Source of the DNA: Octopus vulgaris
Taxonomy: Eukaryota
Reading direction: 5' to 3'
Assembly (NCBI GenBank): GCA_951406725.2
Contig: OX597825.1
Span: forward strand, 48,856,001-48,920,000
DNA: 64,000 bases
The translations under genes were made by a program, and so were the position numbers. Of this stretch, positions 40,520 through 55,496 are shown piece after piece. Position 1 is the first letter of the stretch, and the number at the start of each line of letters is the position of its first letter. The notes under the pieces were generated by a model. The model saw nothing but the letters and a program-made list of their open reading frames with translations. It was not told the origin of the DNA and did not search any database.

Positions 40520-41575
40520 GTCATTGTTCAGTTTATTTCAAGATTTCTAGCCAAAAGAGAAAGAGCCGCTTTCTAACCTAGATCCAAAACTCCTTCATTG
40601 AAATTTCAACATGAACATCAACAACAGGATAGTTTTGTATGTATGTATGTATGTATGTATGTATGTATGTATGTATATGTGCATATTTGTATGTTTTACT
40701 TTATGTATGTATTCTCATTCATATAGCTGCATAATTAAACATGCTCATATATATTTCAATGACAAAACTTCTGGCAAATTTTGCCTACATTTACAGTTCT
40801 AGTGATGGATTGGATCTGTAGTCTTCGAATCAGCTTTCTTCTTTCTGTTCTTGAGAAGCCTAATTTCTCAAGATTGGTATCTCAGGGCCCCAATAATTAT
40901 AGGTATAAATCTGAATTTTTAATCTGGATAGAGTAACTGCAGATTTCTCAATACTTCACCGTAGGTATTCCCTTTTCACTGATCTTCAGCTTTAGGTTAA
41001 CATCCGCTGAGTAGCTAATTTCCACAATTGTACGCAGATTCTCTTCTCAATCGCAAATCATTTTAACAGGTATGTTGTGCTTACATTTTATTGAGGTCTT
41101 CTCTGGGACATTCCACCAGTACACTCTTTTATTATAACTGGCTGTGGGTTCTTATTTCTTTGTTCTCGGGGTTATCCTTCCGACGGATTTCATTATAGAT
41201 TGTCCTAGCTACAGCAGCATTTCTCTTCGGTAGATAATATCGTGATGACGCTTTCGGGCAACTATTTATGATGTGAGTGATATCTTCACTCCGCTAAGTC
41301 TGCATCGGTTGTCATATTTTACTGCTTTTCCTGCATTTCTATCCCTTTTATGCATCAGGTACTTGACTGATATTTCCTGTTCCTGGATTGCAAAAGCATG
41401 CCCTTCAAAGTGAGAGGAAGTAATCCAGCTATCGGTCCATAATAGACTGCTTTGATGTTACAGCCATCTCGAAGCTTTCTTCTAACATACCCATGCATAG
41501 TTTTCTGCTCATATAAACCCATCCTTCCATCTGATGATACGTTGTGGTAGAGTCATGCGACTTCTTTGGGCATGT
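40520..41575 (-). mobile_element. RLE-type LINE 3' part (zinc knuckle, RLE, 3' UTR) ending in (CATA)n
   Basis: EGHAFAIQEQEI; NRCRL..EDITHIINSCPK; YWWNVP; IVEISYSADVNL..EKGNTYGEVLRNL; FIPIIIGA. Confidence 0.75.
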
Positions 41576-42564
41576 ATTCTAGCTGGTATGTATGTATGTA
41601 TGTATGTATGTATGAAGGCAGCCAGGCATGTATATATGCATGTATACATGTATGTATATGAATATACAAGCATATGAATGTGTATGTGTTTAAACACACA
41701 CATCACTCATATATATGAGTGCAGTTTTGACTGAGTGATAAGAAAGTAAGTCTTATAATAATGAGGTCCTGATATCTTATAAATATATGTTATAGAATAT
41801 ACGTCTGAAATACTAGTTAGTGGAGTTGTACTTTCGATCTATTTTATGCAAGGTAAGGAATATATTGCTAATATATTTCTTGTCAAATCATTTATTCTGT
41901 TACGATGAAAGCTTATAAATATATAATATTGTTAGTCAAACTTAATATAACTGGATATCAATCCTAAAATAAAGGAATAAAGTATATTAGGAAACTTGTT
42001 TCCTTTGTTGTTTTGGGACAAGTTATTAAGTGACTTATGAATGTATTACACATACTATAATCTTTATATATAGTAAACTGTATTATAGCGGCAACAAAAA
42101 TATTAACTTTCTCGAACTAATTCCTCTGAAATCGATTTCGCCCTTTCATCAATCTGCGATCGACAAAATCAGTAGCGGTTACATACTGAGATATAGTTTG
42201 ATTGAAAACCCTTATTCTCATCAAAATATTCGTACTTGTGACAGCTTAAGAAATCCTTTAAAACATTTTATCACGAAACTGTCCAAAACTAGTTACTTAA
42301 ATTAATAGTGCTGTTACGGTACAAATCATACATAAGTTAACAGCAGTGTTATGGGGCCAACACCGAAGAAGGTCATAAGTTCCCTTGAAAACTCACGATT
42401 TTCAAGTAACGTGAGACCACATACACACACACGAGCGCGTGCAGCACTTATTTCTTAATGTCTGCTTCATATCGGTTGCTTTCGCCGAGCCGCTGAGTTA
42501 CGGGGACAAGCAGAAACATAACACATACATACACACACACATACATACATATATATGCATATAG

Positions 42565-42880
42565 TCTACAGTTGAGATCCAGAGATTCTACATATAAAAG
42601 CAAGGTTGTGAAGGAATGTATCTTTTTCTACCCAGAAGCCTTGGAATCTTAGGAAGGTGTTGTAGAATTTTGTTGTCCCGATATCGTGATCATTTGTGGC
42701 ATACGAATAAGGATTTGTATTCTCGCTCCAGGATCCCAAATTCAGCAACACTTTACTACAGACTGGTTAGTATGTATCCTGCTGCTTCAATCATAATGGG
42801 GATGAAGCTGAAAGTGTATAATGGGTACTGGATTTGCAAACTCCTTATCAATGTTTCATATATGTCCTCTTTCTCTTGTA
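42565..42880 (-). mobile_element. Short RLE-LINE 3' fragment flanked by (TACA/TGCA)n
   Basis: QEKEDIYETLIRSLQIQYPLYTFSFIPIMIEAAGYI matches the RLE C-terminus of the 40.8-kb copy. Confidence 0.7.
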
Positions 42881-44126
42881 TGAATGCATGCATGTGAGTG
42901 TGTATGTATTTATGTATGTATCTCTCTATATATGCATGCATGTGTGCATGTATGTGTGTGTATGTATTTATGCATGTATGTTGATGTATGTGTTTTGTGT
43001 GTGCGAGTGTGAGTGTGTAGGAGCATGCATTCAAGAAATACATGTATGAGGAAGTAAAATATGATTTTGTGACATTTATGCTTTTCCCCATCTCATTTGT
43101 ATGAATGCTATAATAGCTGTGAATAAATCATCCCATAATCTTAAAGTTTACGTGAAGCTCTATAGAAATGGTCATAGTATCTGAAAGAATAGTATTTATC
43201 TACAAATGTCTGTCACTGCCACACTGTTATTTATTGTCAAAGAATTTTGTTTTTATGAATATCTAAAGAGCTGAGCAACCATATTGTCACTCATCTATAA
43301 ACCTATCAAGAACTGCATTGAAATAAACAGTTAATATGAAATAATACAATATGCTTCATAAGATCTTATCATGTGTAAAAAATGTCATTTTCAAGAATAA
43401 ATGAATACTTCATATCAGTCTATCAGACCCCGATAGAGTGTTAAGTGACTAATGAAGAACAAAGGAAGACATCACTAAACGGGTGGAAAAATCTCATTAT
43501 GGTTTTATGAAGCCATCTGAAAATATAACCAACATGTTAGTTTGAACTCATCTTGAAAGAAGAATGGATTGTCTGATGACATCTTTACAATCGACCAACT
43601 TGATGTAAAATTTATTCCGTATGATCACACCCTATCTGTTTAGTTTTCTGGTTCAAAGATTATCATTATCAGAAGGCCTTCCAGACGATAACTCTATTAT
43701 GGGAATATGTAATCAATATATTTGGAATGTTAAGAAGAGAAATTATTTCTGGAAGAAAAACTGTTTTTATAGTTGTACACTTGAATCAATACAATATGTT
43801 CGTAGTTTCAGACGAATTGTCATCTAGTTTAGACTATTATTAAGAATTCCATTAGCATGTGTGATATTTGCATCGTAGTAAAAGTTGATGGTAAAGAAAT
43901 TTCACTATTCTTTCTCTCCCTATAAAATATGATCTGCAGTGCGTACATTAATTAACCCAGTTCTGCTAAAATGATACAAATCTGGAAGAAGCCAGCCTTT
44001 AATGAAACAATACAAAGAATTCAAAACATGTTTAATTGTTTTTGTGAAAAATCAACCAATCAACCTTCAAAACAGAAACAAAAAATACACACACGCACAC
44101 ACGCTCACGCGCACTTATAGATATGT

Positions 44127-44176
<50 letters not shown>

Positions 44177-44223
44177 ATGTGCATATGTATATATGTGTAT
44201 ATGTATATATATTTATGTATGTA

Positions 44224-44308
<85 letters not shown>

Positions 44309-45522
44309 TTGATAAGGTTTGATAAAGAGTTGTATTGATTGGCAAGCTATCAATTTGGAAGCACTTTGTTACAGTTTTAGAAAAGAACATTAGTATTTAA
44401 GATCGACGTTTAAAGCCTAAACATGACGGAACATAACGAAGAGACATCAAAATCGATGAATGAATCTTTGTAAGTGAATGAAGGATTATGGGATATAAAA
44501 TATGTTTCTGAACTGCAACATAAAGTCAATAAAATACATCTTACAGGTTATTTAGAAATATTAGTTCAAAGACAAATTAAAAATCTCTCGTCTATCCCTT
44601 TAATCTCATAAAAAATATTATTACGTAAGTGGTACAGATAGCAAAATGTTGCAGAAGTAAGACAAAGTTATTAAAGTATTGCGGATGAAGATCAAATATA
44701 TCGTTGAACAGTAGAAGTAGTTAAAGAGTAAGACAATAGTGAGAATATGTTGTGAGAATATTTCCATAAGGAGGTGATTAATTCACTCAATTGTATTAAA
44801 GGAGTAGAACAACACGTATACATCAACTATTTCTGAAATTAAGTATTAATGGTTATTGTATCCATCAAATCATGAACATGGACATGGTGCGAAATGATAT
44901 GAATATTAATAAAGTCGAAAAGAGAAAGAGGTAGCAAGAGAGAGAGAGAGAGAGAGGGAGAGATTAAAATAAAAACTGAGCGAGAAAGGGAAACAGAAAA
45001 AAATGAAAAACATAATAGAAAAGACATTCTTAGTAAAAGGATGTAGAGGCAGAAAGACAGAAAATCAGAAATGATAACGGTGGAGGGATCAAAATTAAAA
45101 GAAAAAGTGGAAGATAGAGAAGAAAAGACACGTGAAAGATGAGGATATCTGGAAATAAATGACAGATATAAGACATTTAGACTATTGACATATATGCGAT
45201 GCATAGACTGTTGACATTGTTATGTAGATGTATATGGTTAAAAATTGTACAAAAGACAAAAGGTAATAGACAGAAATAGATGAGGGAACAACGAAAATAG
45301 TGTATTTGGTTGAAACTCAGGTAAAATGGAAGAGTCTTGTACACACATGCACATATACACGTGCTCATATGTGTATGAGCATGTGTATGTTCTCACATAC
45401 CGGGATAATCGTGAGACTGTCACAATACGAGCTGTTTTTCAAGTAAATTATCATATTCAAAGTTGGTTCCATAATAGGACTAATAACGACAAGGAATCGT
45501 ATACGATATACAGTGTATAGAG

Positions 45523-46352
45523 ATGCAGGCGTGGCTGTGTGGTAAGAAGATTGCTGTCCAGCCACATGGTTCTGGAGTTAGTCCTACTGCGTGGCACCTT
45601 AGGTAACTGTCTTCTACTATAGCTTCGGGCCGACCAAAGCTTTGTGAGTGGATTTCGTTGATGGAGACTGAAAGAAGCCTGTCGTGTATATACATATAAT
45701 AAGTGTGTGTGCATGCGTATGTGTGTGTGAGCTGGCAGAGTCGTTAACACTCCGGGCTAAATGCTTAGCGGTATTTCGTCTGCCGCTACGTTCTGAGTTC
45801 AAATTCCGCCGAGGTCGACTTTTCCTTTCATCCTTTCGGGGTCGATTAAATAAGTACCAGTTACGCACTGGCGTCGATATAATCAACTTAATCCGTTTGT
45901 CTGTCCTTGTTTGTCCTCTCTGTGTTTAGCCCCTTGTGGGTAGTAAAGAAATATGTATTTCGTCTGCCGCAATGTTCAAATTCTGCCGAGGTCGACTTTG
46001 CTTTTCATTATTTCGGGGTCGAAAAATTAAGTACCAATTGTGTACTGTCCCTACCTCTCCAAAAATTTCGGGCCGTGTACCTAGAGTTGAAAAGCATGTG
46101 TGTGTATGTGCGTGTGTGTGTACACGTGTGTGTGTGTGCTTGTTTTTGTGTCTTTGTTTGTACCCCGCCACCGATTTACAACAGGTGTTGGTGTGTTTAC
46201 GCCTCCTTAGTTAAGGATTTCGACAATGGAGAGCGCTAGAAATAGTACCGGATTAAAAATGTACTGGGATCGAGTCAATCGACGAAAGGTATTTCAAGAC
46301 GGTACCCGAGCATGGCCGCAGTCTAATAACTGAAACAATGAAAAGATAAAGA
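45523..46352 (+). mobile_element. CORE-type SINE with a dimeric family-2 SINE (45731-46095) nested in its (TG)n linker
   Basis: CORE-SINE head 45523-45690 and tail 46100-46352 enclose a family-2 full unit plus a truncated unit with tail B. Confidence 0.85.
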
Positions 46353-47715
46353 TACACTGAATAATTATAAAAGTAAAATGCATTAAATAGACATTAAACT
46401 GATATTTTATATTGGTAAATGTTTACTAATCGGCAGAATTTCTGAGGCGACTGCGGATGGAAAATATATAAATCAACATTAAAGAGTATTGTACATAGAA
46501 CGTTGAAGGACGAAACTCTTGAGATATTAATATTGTTTGTCAGCTAGTCTGCGATTTCTCCTCGCCATTCACTTCCATTCTGTAAAGTGAAACAAGAATC
46601 ACAGCTGTACAGTTTGAAAAAAATGTTGCGTTATTGACGAAAGATTATGGACTGACATTTTTCTAAGCAAATTAAAAAAATGCAAGTATTTGATATATTG
46701 GCTTAAAAATTTTCGACAATGCTAGCAATTTGGGAGAAACGGGTAAATTGATTACATGAAACACAGTTAATTAGTACTTTTTTTGACGACCCCAGAAGGA
46801 TGAAAGTAAAGATTCATCTCGGAATTTGAACGCAGAACGCAAATCATTTATTGTGCTACTCCCATTCACAGTCTCAGTGTGCATGTGAGCATATGTGAGT
46901 GTATGCGTATGTATGTGTGTGGCTGTGTTTGAGTATGTGTGTGTGGTATGATAAAAACGTCAGTAATATACCCCCACATCCAGCCTAACGATCATCTTAG
47001 ATATAATGACGAGCATAAAATTCTGTGGGTCCTCCAACTTATGGCAAAGTATATTAAGTAAGGATATTAAGATTAAGGCCTGTAGAATGAATTTCTATTT
47101 CCGCTGTTTATAGAGAATTGTGCGTTGGTTTCTGTAAATGGGATGACATGTCCAGCGAAAAATGCTTTGTTGCACGCAATTTATAATACATGTATAAATA
47201 CAGGCAGTCTTACTTGCGCACGTACACTGAGGCATATCTGTGTATATATATGTAAATAAATATATACACGCATATGTATACATACTTACACACACACACA
47301 CACATATACATATATGTATATATATATATATATGTATATACATATATACACGAACATATGCATAAGCAGCACAATGTATTTTAGAAATATATGCGTGCTT
47401 ATAATCATTATGTGTATATGGTTGTACACAAACGCATTACTGCAAGCACACACACACACTAACACATACAAACATGTACAAAGAAATCCATTCATTTTTA
47501 ACTGAAAATATGTTCCTTCACAGATTACATATTAACTGAAGTGTTATAAATTTGTAGCACTTACTCAGTGCAACTAGAGGTGAATTCGTACAGGTATTTA
47601 TCCTTGAACATTTATCGATTAGACTGACTTGATCGAACTACAATGCTGATTCACGTTAAATTCCCTCCCTGAATCATCTGCTTTTATTTAGCTATTAATA
47701 TTGTTCAAACAGTAT

Positions 47716-47768
<53 letters not shown>

Positions 47769-49169
47769 ACACACCCACACACACACACACACAAACACAA
47801 TGAAAGGGGGCTAATAAAGAGAGAGAAAAATCATAAGAATACCGAAGAGGAGAAAGTGAAACTGAAATAATATTTACTTAGCTGTACATTATATTTCTGA
47901 AAGAATGACATCAAACCTCGTGGTTTCACAGTGAATAAATACATTTATCGTAGTAGTTTAAATTCATTTTATATTTACCGAAGCACCTTTTGAACGTAAA
48001 TTTTGATTTCATATCGGTAATTCGCATTGTGAATATAATAAAATTATACAAACAATATTTATGACCATAAACAGCCAGAGATTATTTGAAGCACTCTAGA
48101 TTTCTGTTTTGACTCACTTCAAATACATCATGAAATTAATGAAACCGAATAAATTAAGTTAGAAATAAAGAGACAGCAAATGTGTCCTAAATATGCCACT
48201 CCATCAATTTCTAGGGCTTCTCTTTAAACATTTACAACTTCATCTTCCTTTGTCTTATGAAGCAGACATTAAAATTAGTAAAAACAGCAAGACTTTTGTC
48301 TCATACATTTTTAAGATCCATTAAAAAAAAAAGTCATACCTGTAGATGACATCTCTCAAACAGGGCTACCTTCACCGGCAGTTAAGTTCAGTGTTCGTTG
48401 GTCTGTGTTAATATTCCAGGTATCCAAGGCAACACAAAACTTCTACACGTCAAATACCCTTCAAATTACTCCTCGGCATCTTACAAGAAGAACCCATTCG
48501 ATAATATAATGCACTGCATGTGAAACTGTGGGATGTCACAGTACATTTAATAATTCATGTGTGATCAGAAACTCAACACCACGAATAGATTGATAGTTAT
48601 TTTCTCAGATGTTTGGTAATGAATATTTAATCGATGAATTAATGTTAGTATTAACAAATATATTTGATGATCATATATGTTTATGTACAAGAAATATATT
48701 CAAGTTATGTAAAGCTGAAAGGATGCGGTGAGAGTATAAATATAGACAGCAATCAAATCATACAGCTTATTACAATACTGACACGTGTGTAGAGATATAC
48801 GTCAGTTAGTATGGCATTTCTGTTTAATGTGTTTTTTCCTTCACTTGCATTTTCAGCAAGCACCAAGGATGGAAAACATTATCACAACAGCATTTTAATT
48901 ACTTCAAATCTAAATCAATATTTCTGAACGTTAAAGAATTACACAGAGTTAACTTAATATTCAGTGGTTTAACGAGAGAATAAGGTTACAACGGAATCAA
49001 ATCGTGCGAACTCGTTGAAATTAGAATACTTACAAGTTGATTTAAGAGCTTTTCAACTATTGTTTTAATAAAATCTTTGGTTAGTAATGCTTAATATTGA
49101 TTTCAGCATATTTACTTTTGATGTAGTACTGTACTTGTAGCCTAAACAGTTTTATATTTTGTTATACTA

Positions 49170-50040
49170 TTGTCCTCTTATTATTGTCACATTTATAGAA
49201 AACCAATACATTGCTGTTTCGCTTGTTACCACAAGGCTTTACATCCGAGTCTGTCTTACTATTTCTCTCCCAAAGATGTTTCGGAGATATCTCTTCGCAA
49301 ACATTTAGAGTTTGCCAATGGATAACTTTGAGACTTGCTGTTTCACACGCATGTAGCAGAACCGTCTCCACGCTCGTGTTAGATACCCTGAGTTTTGTGT
49401 TTGTTTACAAGACATGCGATCTCCAGATTTGGCCGAGCATCCTAAAGGCAGCTGTAGTTTTCTCAAACCTTCAGTTTCCTTTCCTCCATCTGTGAAGCTG
49501 TTATCGTTGGCTGCGTGCATTCTCATGCTTTTTGTCTTCTCAGTGTTGATCTTGAGGCCACTGCTGTGATCTTCTTCTCCGTGGCATTGTGGCGCTGGGA
49601 GAGAAGGGCAATATCATCAGCAAAGTCGATATCATCTAGACATTTGAAGAGAGACCATTTCATTCATCTGGGCTGTACTTTGGCTGTTTCTTTAATCACC
49701 CAGTCAATTACTGTTAGGGAAAGAAAGCGAGACAACATATCTTACATCAGGAAATTGAATGGTTGCATCAAAGTTCCATCACGTACAACTTGATATGTTG
49801 ATCTTTCATGAGCACCTCTAACCAAAATAAAGATCTCGGGTATACCAAAGAGTAGAGGCAATTTTCACAGTGTCAGCCTCTCCATACTGTCAAATATCTT
49901 CTCATAATCGTTGAGTGTCACATACAAAAATCTTTTCCGTTCTAGTGGCTGTTTCTTCATAATTCGAAGTGTAGCTATATGACCAGTAGATAATCTCTCC
50001 TGGTGGAACCAAGCTGATTCATCTCGTAAAAGTTGTGTTG
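49170..50040 (-). mobile_element. Degenerate RTE-clade LINE RT fragment
   Basis: WFHQERLSTGHIATLRIM; DYEKIFDSMER; KWSLFKCLDDIDFADDIALLSQ; TVLLHACET. Confidence 0.7.
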
Positions 50041-53000
50041 AACAAACTGTTTTCGAAATGAACAATCTGGATTCCGACTTGAGAAAATGTTGTCTAATGA
50101 ATGTGCGTATAATTTTCAATATAATTTACGTTAGGTTATTATTGCCTTTAATTATTCCTGCCATAAATTAACTATAACAGAATAATTAAAGAATCAGGAT
50201 AAATATGTTGAAACATTAAAACTTTCAAGTTTGTATTCAATTTACACAAACAATTTACACAGACAATTCAACCATTAACTACACATCGGAAAATAACAAA
50301 CAGCTCCGCTACTTAAATTGAATTATTAGTAACATCCTTTGAACTACTAAACAATGAAATTCATACGTTAGATGCATTTATTAAGATGACTAGAATGAAA
50401 TTTAAAACAAAAGAAACTTTATTAAGACTATACTTGGTTAATAATCATATCAAACCAATTTATCCTTTTCTAGCTTTGTTTGAACCTGAGAGTTCACCAT
50501 TCCCTCTGCCCTCTCTAAAATATCAACAAATTATCACAATCGTGATGGGAAAACAAACCAGCACAACTTAGAAAATAAATTAACAAACAAAAGCAATTAC
50601 TAAATCTTTCTGATCTGTTCTTTCTAAATTGGCTACATCAAAACTCGTCTGGTTAATTTAAAACTGGAAACAAGGACACACTTTTGTCTCCCCTTTCGTC
50701 GATAGCGATCAGGATATTTCTAATCGATTTTCGGGTTCTTTTTGATTTTTATATGACCTTTAAATCCCCTTGGTTGCTGTAACGCCAGCGTTTCCTGTCG
50801 CTTATCTTATGTGTAAAACTAAATTGGAAACGATCCTTTTTACAAAAGTCTGTAACATTCAGCCAACCAACAATTACATGACTGCTTTGGAAATATCAGT
50901 TCAGACAAGTTTAATTAAGATTCCATTACATCAAAAATATTGCTATACTTCTAAGAATAAAGTTTCAGTGTTGAACTTCATATTACACACAACTTTCGTG
51001 TTAGTATAGTTACACATGAGTTCTAAATAATGTTGATATGGTACAAGCCTTAAAAGTTATCATCATCATATCCATTGTCTTATATACAGTAGAATGTATA
51101 TGATTATATATAAAATTCCGTAGAAAATAATCTCTGTGGTTTGATTTGCCTCGAGGAATTAAAAACATCACGTTTTAGATATTTGTTCTCCATTATCTAG
51201 TGAAAATATAGTGGTTGGGGATTTTTCACTTCTCTCAGTAAATCTATTTTTTATTTTATATTTAGGAATATTTGTGGATTATCTTTTATTGATAAGGGAG
51301 CACTACATGCACCACATCTTACAAGAGGAGCAGAATGCGTGCCGAGATAGAAGTAAAACTTTAAGGTTCAGCTATTGGTGAACCGAGCTTTTATAAAAGA
51401 CAAAAAAGGAGAGGTAAAAATCTCAGAATGGATTGATAACCGATGACAATTTGATGTGATACTCTTCCACAGTAGGGGCATTCCATGTAAATAAATTAGT
51501 ATAAATGCCAACAAAATATTTACAATAGATCATGTCAAAAATGGATAAAATCCATAACGAGACGTACAGAAAATAACTGAAATCATAGAAAGATAAATAT
51601 TTCTAGGAGACTATCCTCATTACTAATTTATTGCAAACTGATTCTATTTGCAGATCAGTTGATAGAAACAATAAAACCACCTCTTCTATATAGATGACTA
51701 GAATATAATTACTTGCCAATAATTAGTTCGAGTTCAGGTGACTAATATTGGTGCGTGAGTAGTGCGTGTAGAATTATGAGAGGTACATGCATACTTAGAG
51801 GTAAATGCATAGTTATGAGGATTTATGCATAACGGAGTTTTGCGGAGTTTTGCATATATAGTTATGGGTTTATGCATAGTTATGAGAAGTACATCATATT
51901 CTATAATACATCCTACACGTCTCCAACAACTCAAAGTTACCATTTGATATGACAGCGCAACAACGCAGCCTCTACAGAATTTCTAGCAGATAATATAATG
52001 CAACACACACTCTTCACAGTCAATACACAATAATATTACATGCATCACACAGCATACGCATCACAAACTACACAGTCACCAGCCGATATTAAAACATACA
52101 ACACCAGTGACACAGTACATACGATCCTTAAATATCATCCAACTAAGTACAACGCACGCAGCATATACTGTGAACAAACCACGTCCCAGACCAAGCAAAA
52201 CTAATGTATCGTACACTCAGTTCTGCATTCCCCAAAGACGCATCACAAGAATAGAAGTGAAGTGGAGAGTAGGAACTGTGTTGTAGTTTTAGAAACTATA
52301 TTGATAATTATAAAGTTATAGTAATATGATTATTATAATTACCTATCTTGCAACGGTGTTTTATATTTGGAATTCCTCACAGAATTAAAAACAATCTAAA
52401 GTTACAGAATGTAACCGTTAAATAATTCGTTGAAGTATTCTATGTTTATCCTTCAGGAATTTTAGTCGTACGAATCGACCCCAGTATTTATTTTAGTCTG
52501 GTTGTCAAGCGGTTGTGAGGGAAAAACATAGACACAGGGGCACACACACATATACACGACAGGCTTCTTTCAATTGTATGAAGTGAAGACTGAATGACTA
52601 TTTTTAAACAGTTTAGTCAGTGGAGAAGGGCCGTGAGTCTCATAGAGCCTCTGCAGATTGGTAGTGCAAGGCAAGAAATTTGAGGGAGAAGAGTAAATTG
52701 TACAGATCCTAATACTTCTCTGGTACTTTATTTCATCGAACTTGAAAGGCTGAAGAGCAAAATTGACTCTGGCGGGATTTGAACTTAGAATCGACAGAGC
52801 TGGGACAAATACTGTGTAGCATCTCCGTCACGCTTGGTTGGTGTTATATTTATAAATCCTATAGTGCAATATGTCACATTGAACATAAGGGTATAACAAT
52901 GCTACAACTTCATGTACCCTTTTATAGCAAAAATATCGATCTCTTGCTGGACTGTATAAAGAGATAATATGGTTTTGAATTATATTTGCAGCACTTCAAG

Positions 53001-54908
53001 CAAGTTACCTGGATAATTAGTTTACTTTCAGCAATTAAGAAGTATGACCAAGATTTCTACAAATTTCAGCTAGGATCTAGCCGATAAGGTGCTAAACTGC
53101 CTGCAGTTATAAACTTCAATAAATAAATTTATAGGCTATATTTTTGTAACTTATTAATTAATCTTCTGGCACTTAAGCAATTTGATATTTATCTAATTAT
53201 TAAGAAATTATTGTTATTTCTGAGAAGAGATGGATTTTAGTTTCATCCGTTTCGTTCCACTGACCTTACGAGTAAGCAGAGATCCAGTAGGTCATTACTA
53301 ATATGACAATTAATTAAGTATTTATTCTTGAGGCCAGTTTTCTTTCCTTAATTATGGCAATGGTGGAAATATATGTCTAAGCGAACACCTATATCAGCAG
53401 TTTTTATTTCTCATTTGTAGCAATTATATTTCAGTTAAGCTCATGAGAAAGGCATGAATATCACATTGTCTCATTCCACACTTCTGATCTGCCTAACGAA
53501 CCTGCAGTATATTAAAAGAATCAATCGTAGCTTCTTTCAATTAATTAAACGCATGAAAATAAAACACAAAACAAATATATTCTCTAACTTTATAACAAGA
53601 GGATTACCAAAACGGGCATGCATGAATGCATACATGCATACGTACCTATATACAAATATTCATGCATATAAAATGCATACACATAACGCATACTTCATTG
53701 TGTGTATTTATTTATCTGTATATATGAATGTGTATGTGTTTCCATATATACACACATGTATATATACATATGTACATGTATAAACATATATTAAACTATA
53801 TTATATAATATTATATATATATATATACACACACAGAAAATGAGACGCATGCATACAATTGCGATAAAGAATACATCAATAAGAATAACTACAAAAGATA
53901 CAAAAGCGAACATTAGAGAAAGAATGGCGGGAAGTGCTCCATGGTAGCCAGGCAAAAATACATTAATAACGCTTGCATTCCCATCTGAGCACTCGGAATC
54001 ATAAACAAGTGACTCTACAGCGCCATAATTCTATAAGATTACATAATGCAGAGAAGAAGTATGGTTTCCGTAATACTCAGTTTTCGTTGGATATTACCAA
54101 AGCACTTATTGCTTGAAGGCCATTAATAAAATCAACAGAAAGCTAGAGTGGTAAGATGCCATTGGAATATATTACTAGAAAACATTAAAAAAGTTGCCAA
54201 ACTAAAGCTCACCGTTACTCACTACTTATTACCATAATGTCCATATTGACTTACTGCTTTCTAAATTTAACGACACAAAACACTTTACAGCATTGGGGAT
54301 ATATTTTGTCACGAACACACTCCGTTGCTGATTATTTCATATTTGCTATTTTCTCGAACTTGTAAAGGAATATGTAAAGCCAAATTTCGCTTGGAAAGTT
54401 TATGAGTTCCTTTCTAGAGGAGAAAGAATAGCGCTATTGACATTAAACAAATAGCAATATTAACCTAAATTTAGTAGCATATTTGGAATTTCAATTATAT
54501 AAGTGAAATAGCTTAAGCATTTTAAACTATTTTCAACTAAAATTAAAGAAATCAAAATGCAGTTACTTTTCCTGCAAAAGTATTTCAAAGATTATTATTA
54601 TAGGATTTCAAAAATTCAATCATTTTTTGTGTACTTTATTTGGAGAATGTTCCACACAATATTCTCACATGGCACTAGTTTTTACTTATATTTTCATCGC
54701 GAATTTAAAAAAAAATAATAATTGTTGTTGTTGAAGCTTGAATAAAATAGTTTCGGAGAAAGTCTTTCAAATGCCTGTAAGTGAAATTATGTAGAATTGC
54801 ATTAAATCTAAATGCATTTGAAAATTGTTAGAAATGATCATAACGAATAGTTTCTGTCTAAACATTAGAATATTGAATATAATTATACCATCTGATATAT
54901 AGTGCACA

Positions 54909-54981
<73 letters not shown>

Positions 54982-55306
54982 CTCTCTCTCTCTCTCCCAT
55001 CTCTCTCTGTGTCTCTCTCTTTCTCTGTATCTCTCTCTATACATACATATAAGATCCAAAGATCGAGGTGTAGGAGGAAGGCTAGCTTCAAGCAATCCGT
55101 AGTAAATGTAAAAAACAACTTTCAGGGACAACAGTGATTTATTGAGACAAAAGCCTGTGGATATTTTTTTTTCTAATTGAAGTACAACAAATTGAAAAAA
55201 AATCTATATTTCGCGATAGGCAACCACGGTTGCGGGTATACAAAAAAGAATACAATTGTTAAGAAATGGGGCAGATGATATCCGGGCAACATATATTTCA
55301 TACAGC

Positions 55307-55362
<56 letters not shown>

Positions 55363-55455
55363 TATATATATATATATATATATAACACACGAGTTGATAT
55401 ATATGAAAAAACAAGTCAAAATAGAAAATGCTAAAATAATTTTATAAAGAACATT

Positions 55456-55496
55456 TCAGTACCGGTTTCGGTCATTTTGAGACCTTTTCAACTGTA
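55456..55496 (-). ncRNA. Minimal type I hammerhead ribozyme motif, U3-A8 core variant
   Basis: CAG-UUGAAAA-GGUC(ucaaaau)GACC-GAAA-CCGG-UA-CUG: stem I CAG/CUG, stem II GGUC/GACC, palindromic ACCGGU stem III, GUA cleavage triplet. Confidence 0.7.
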
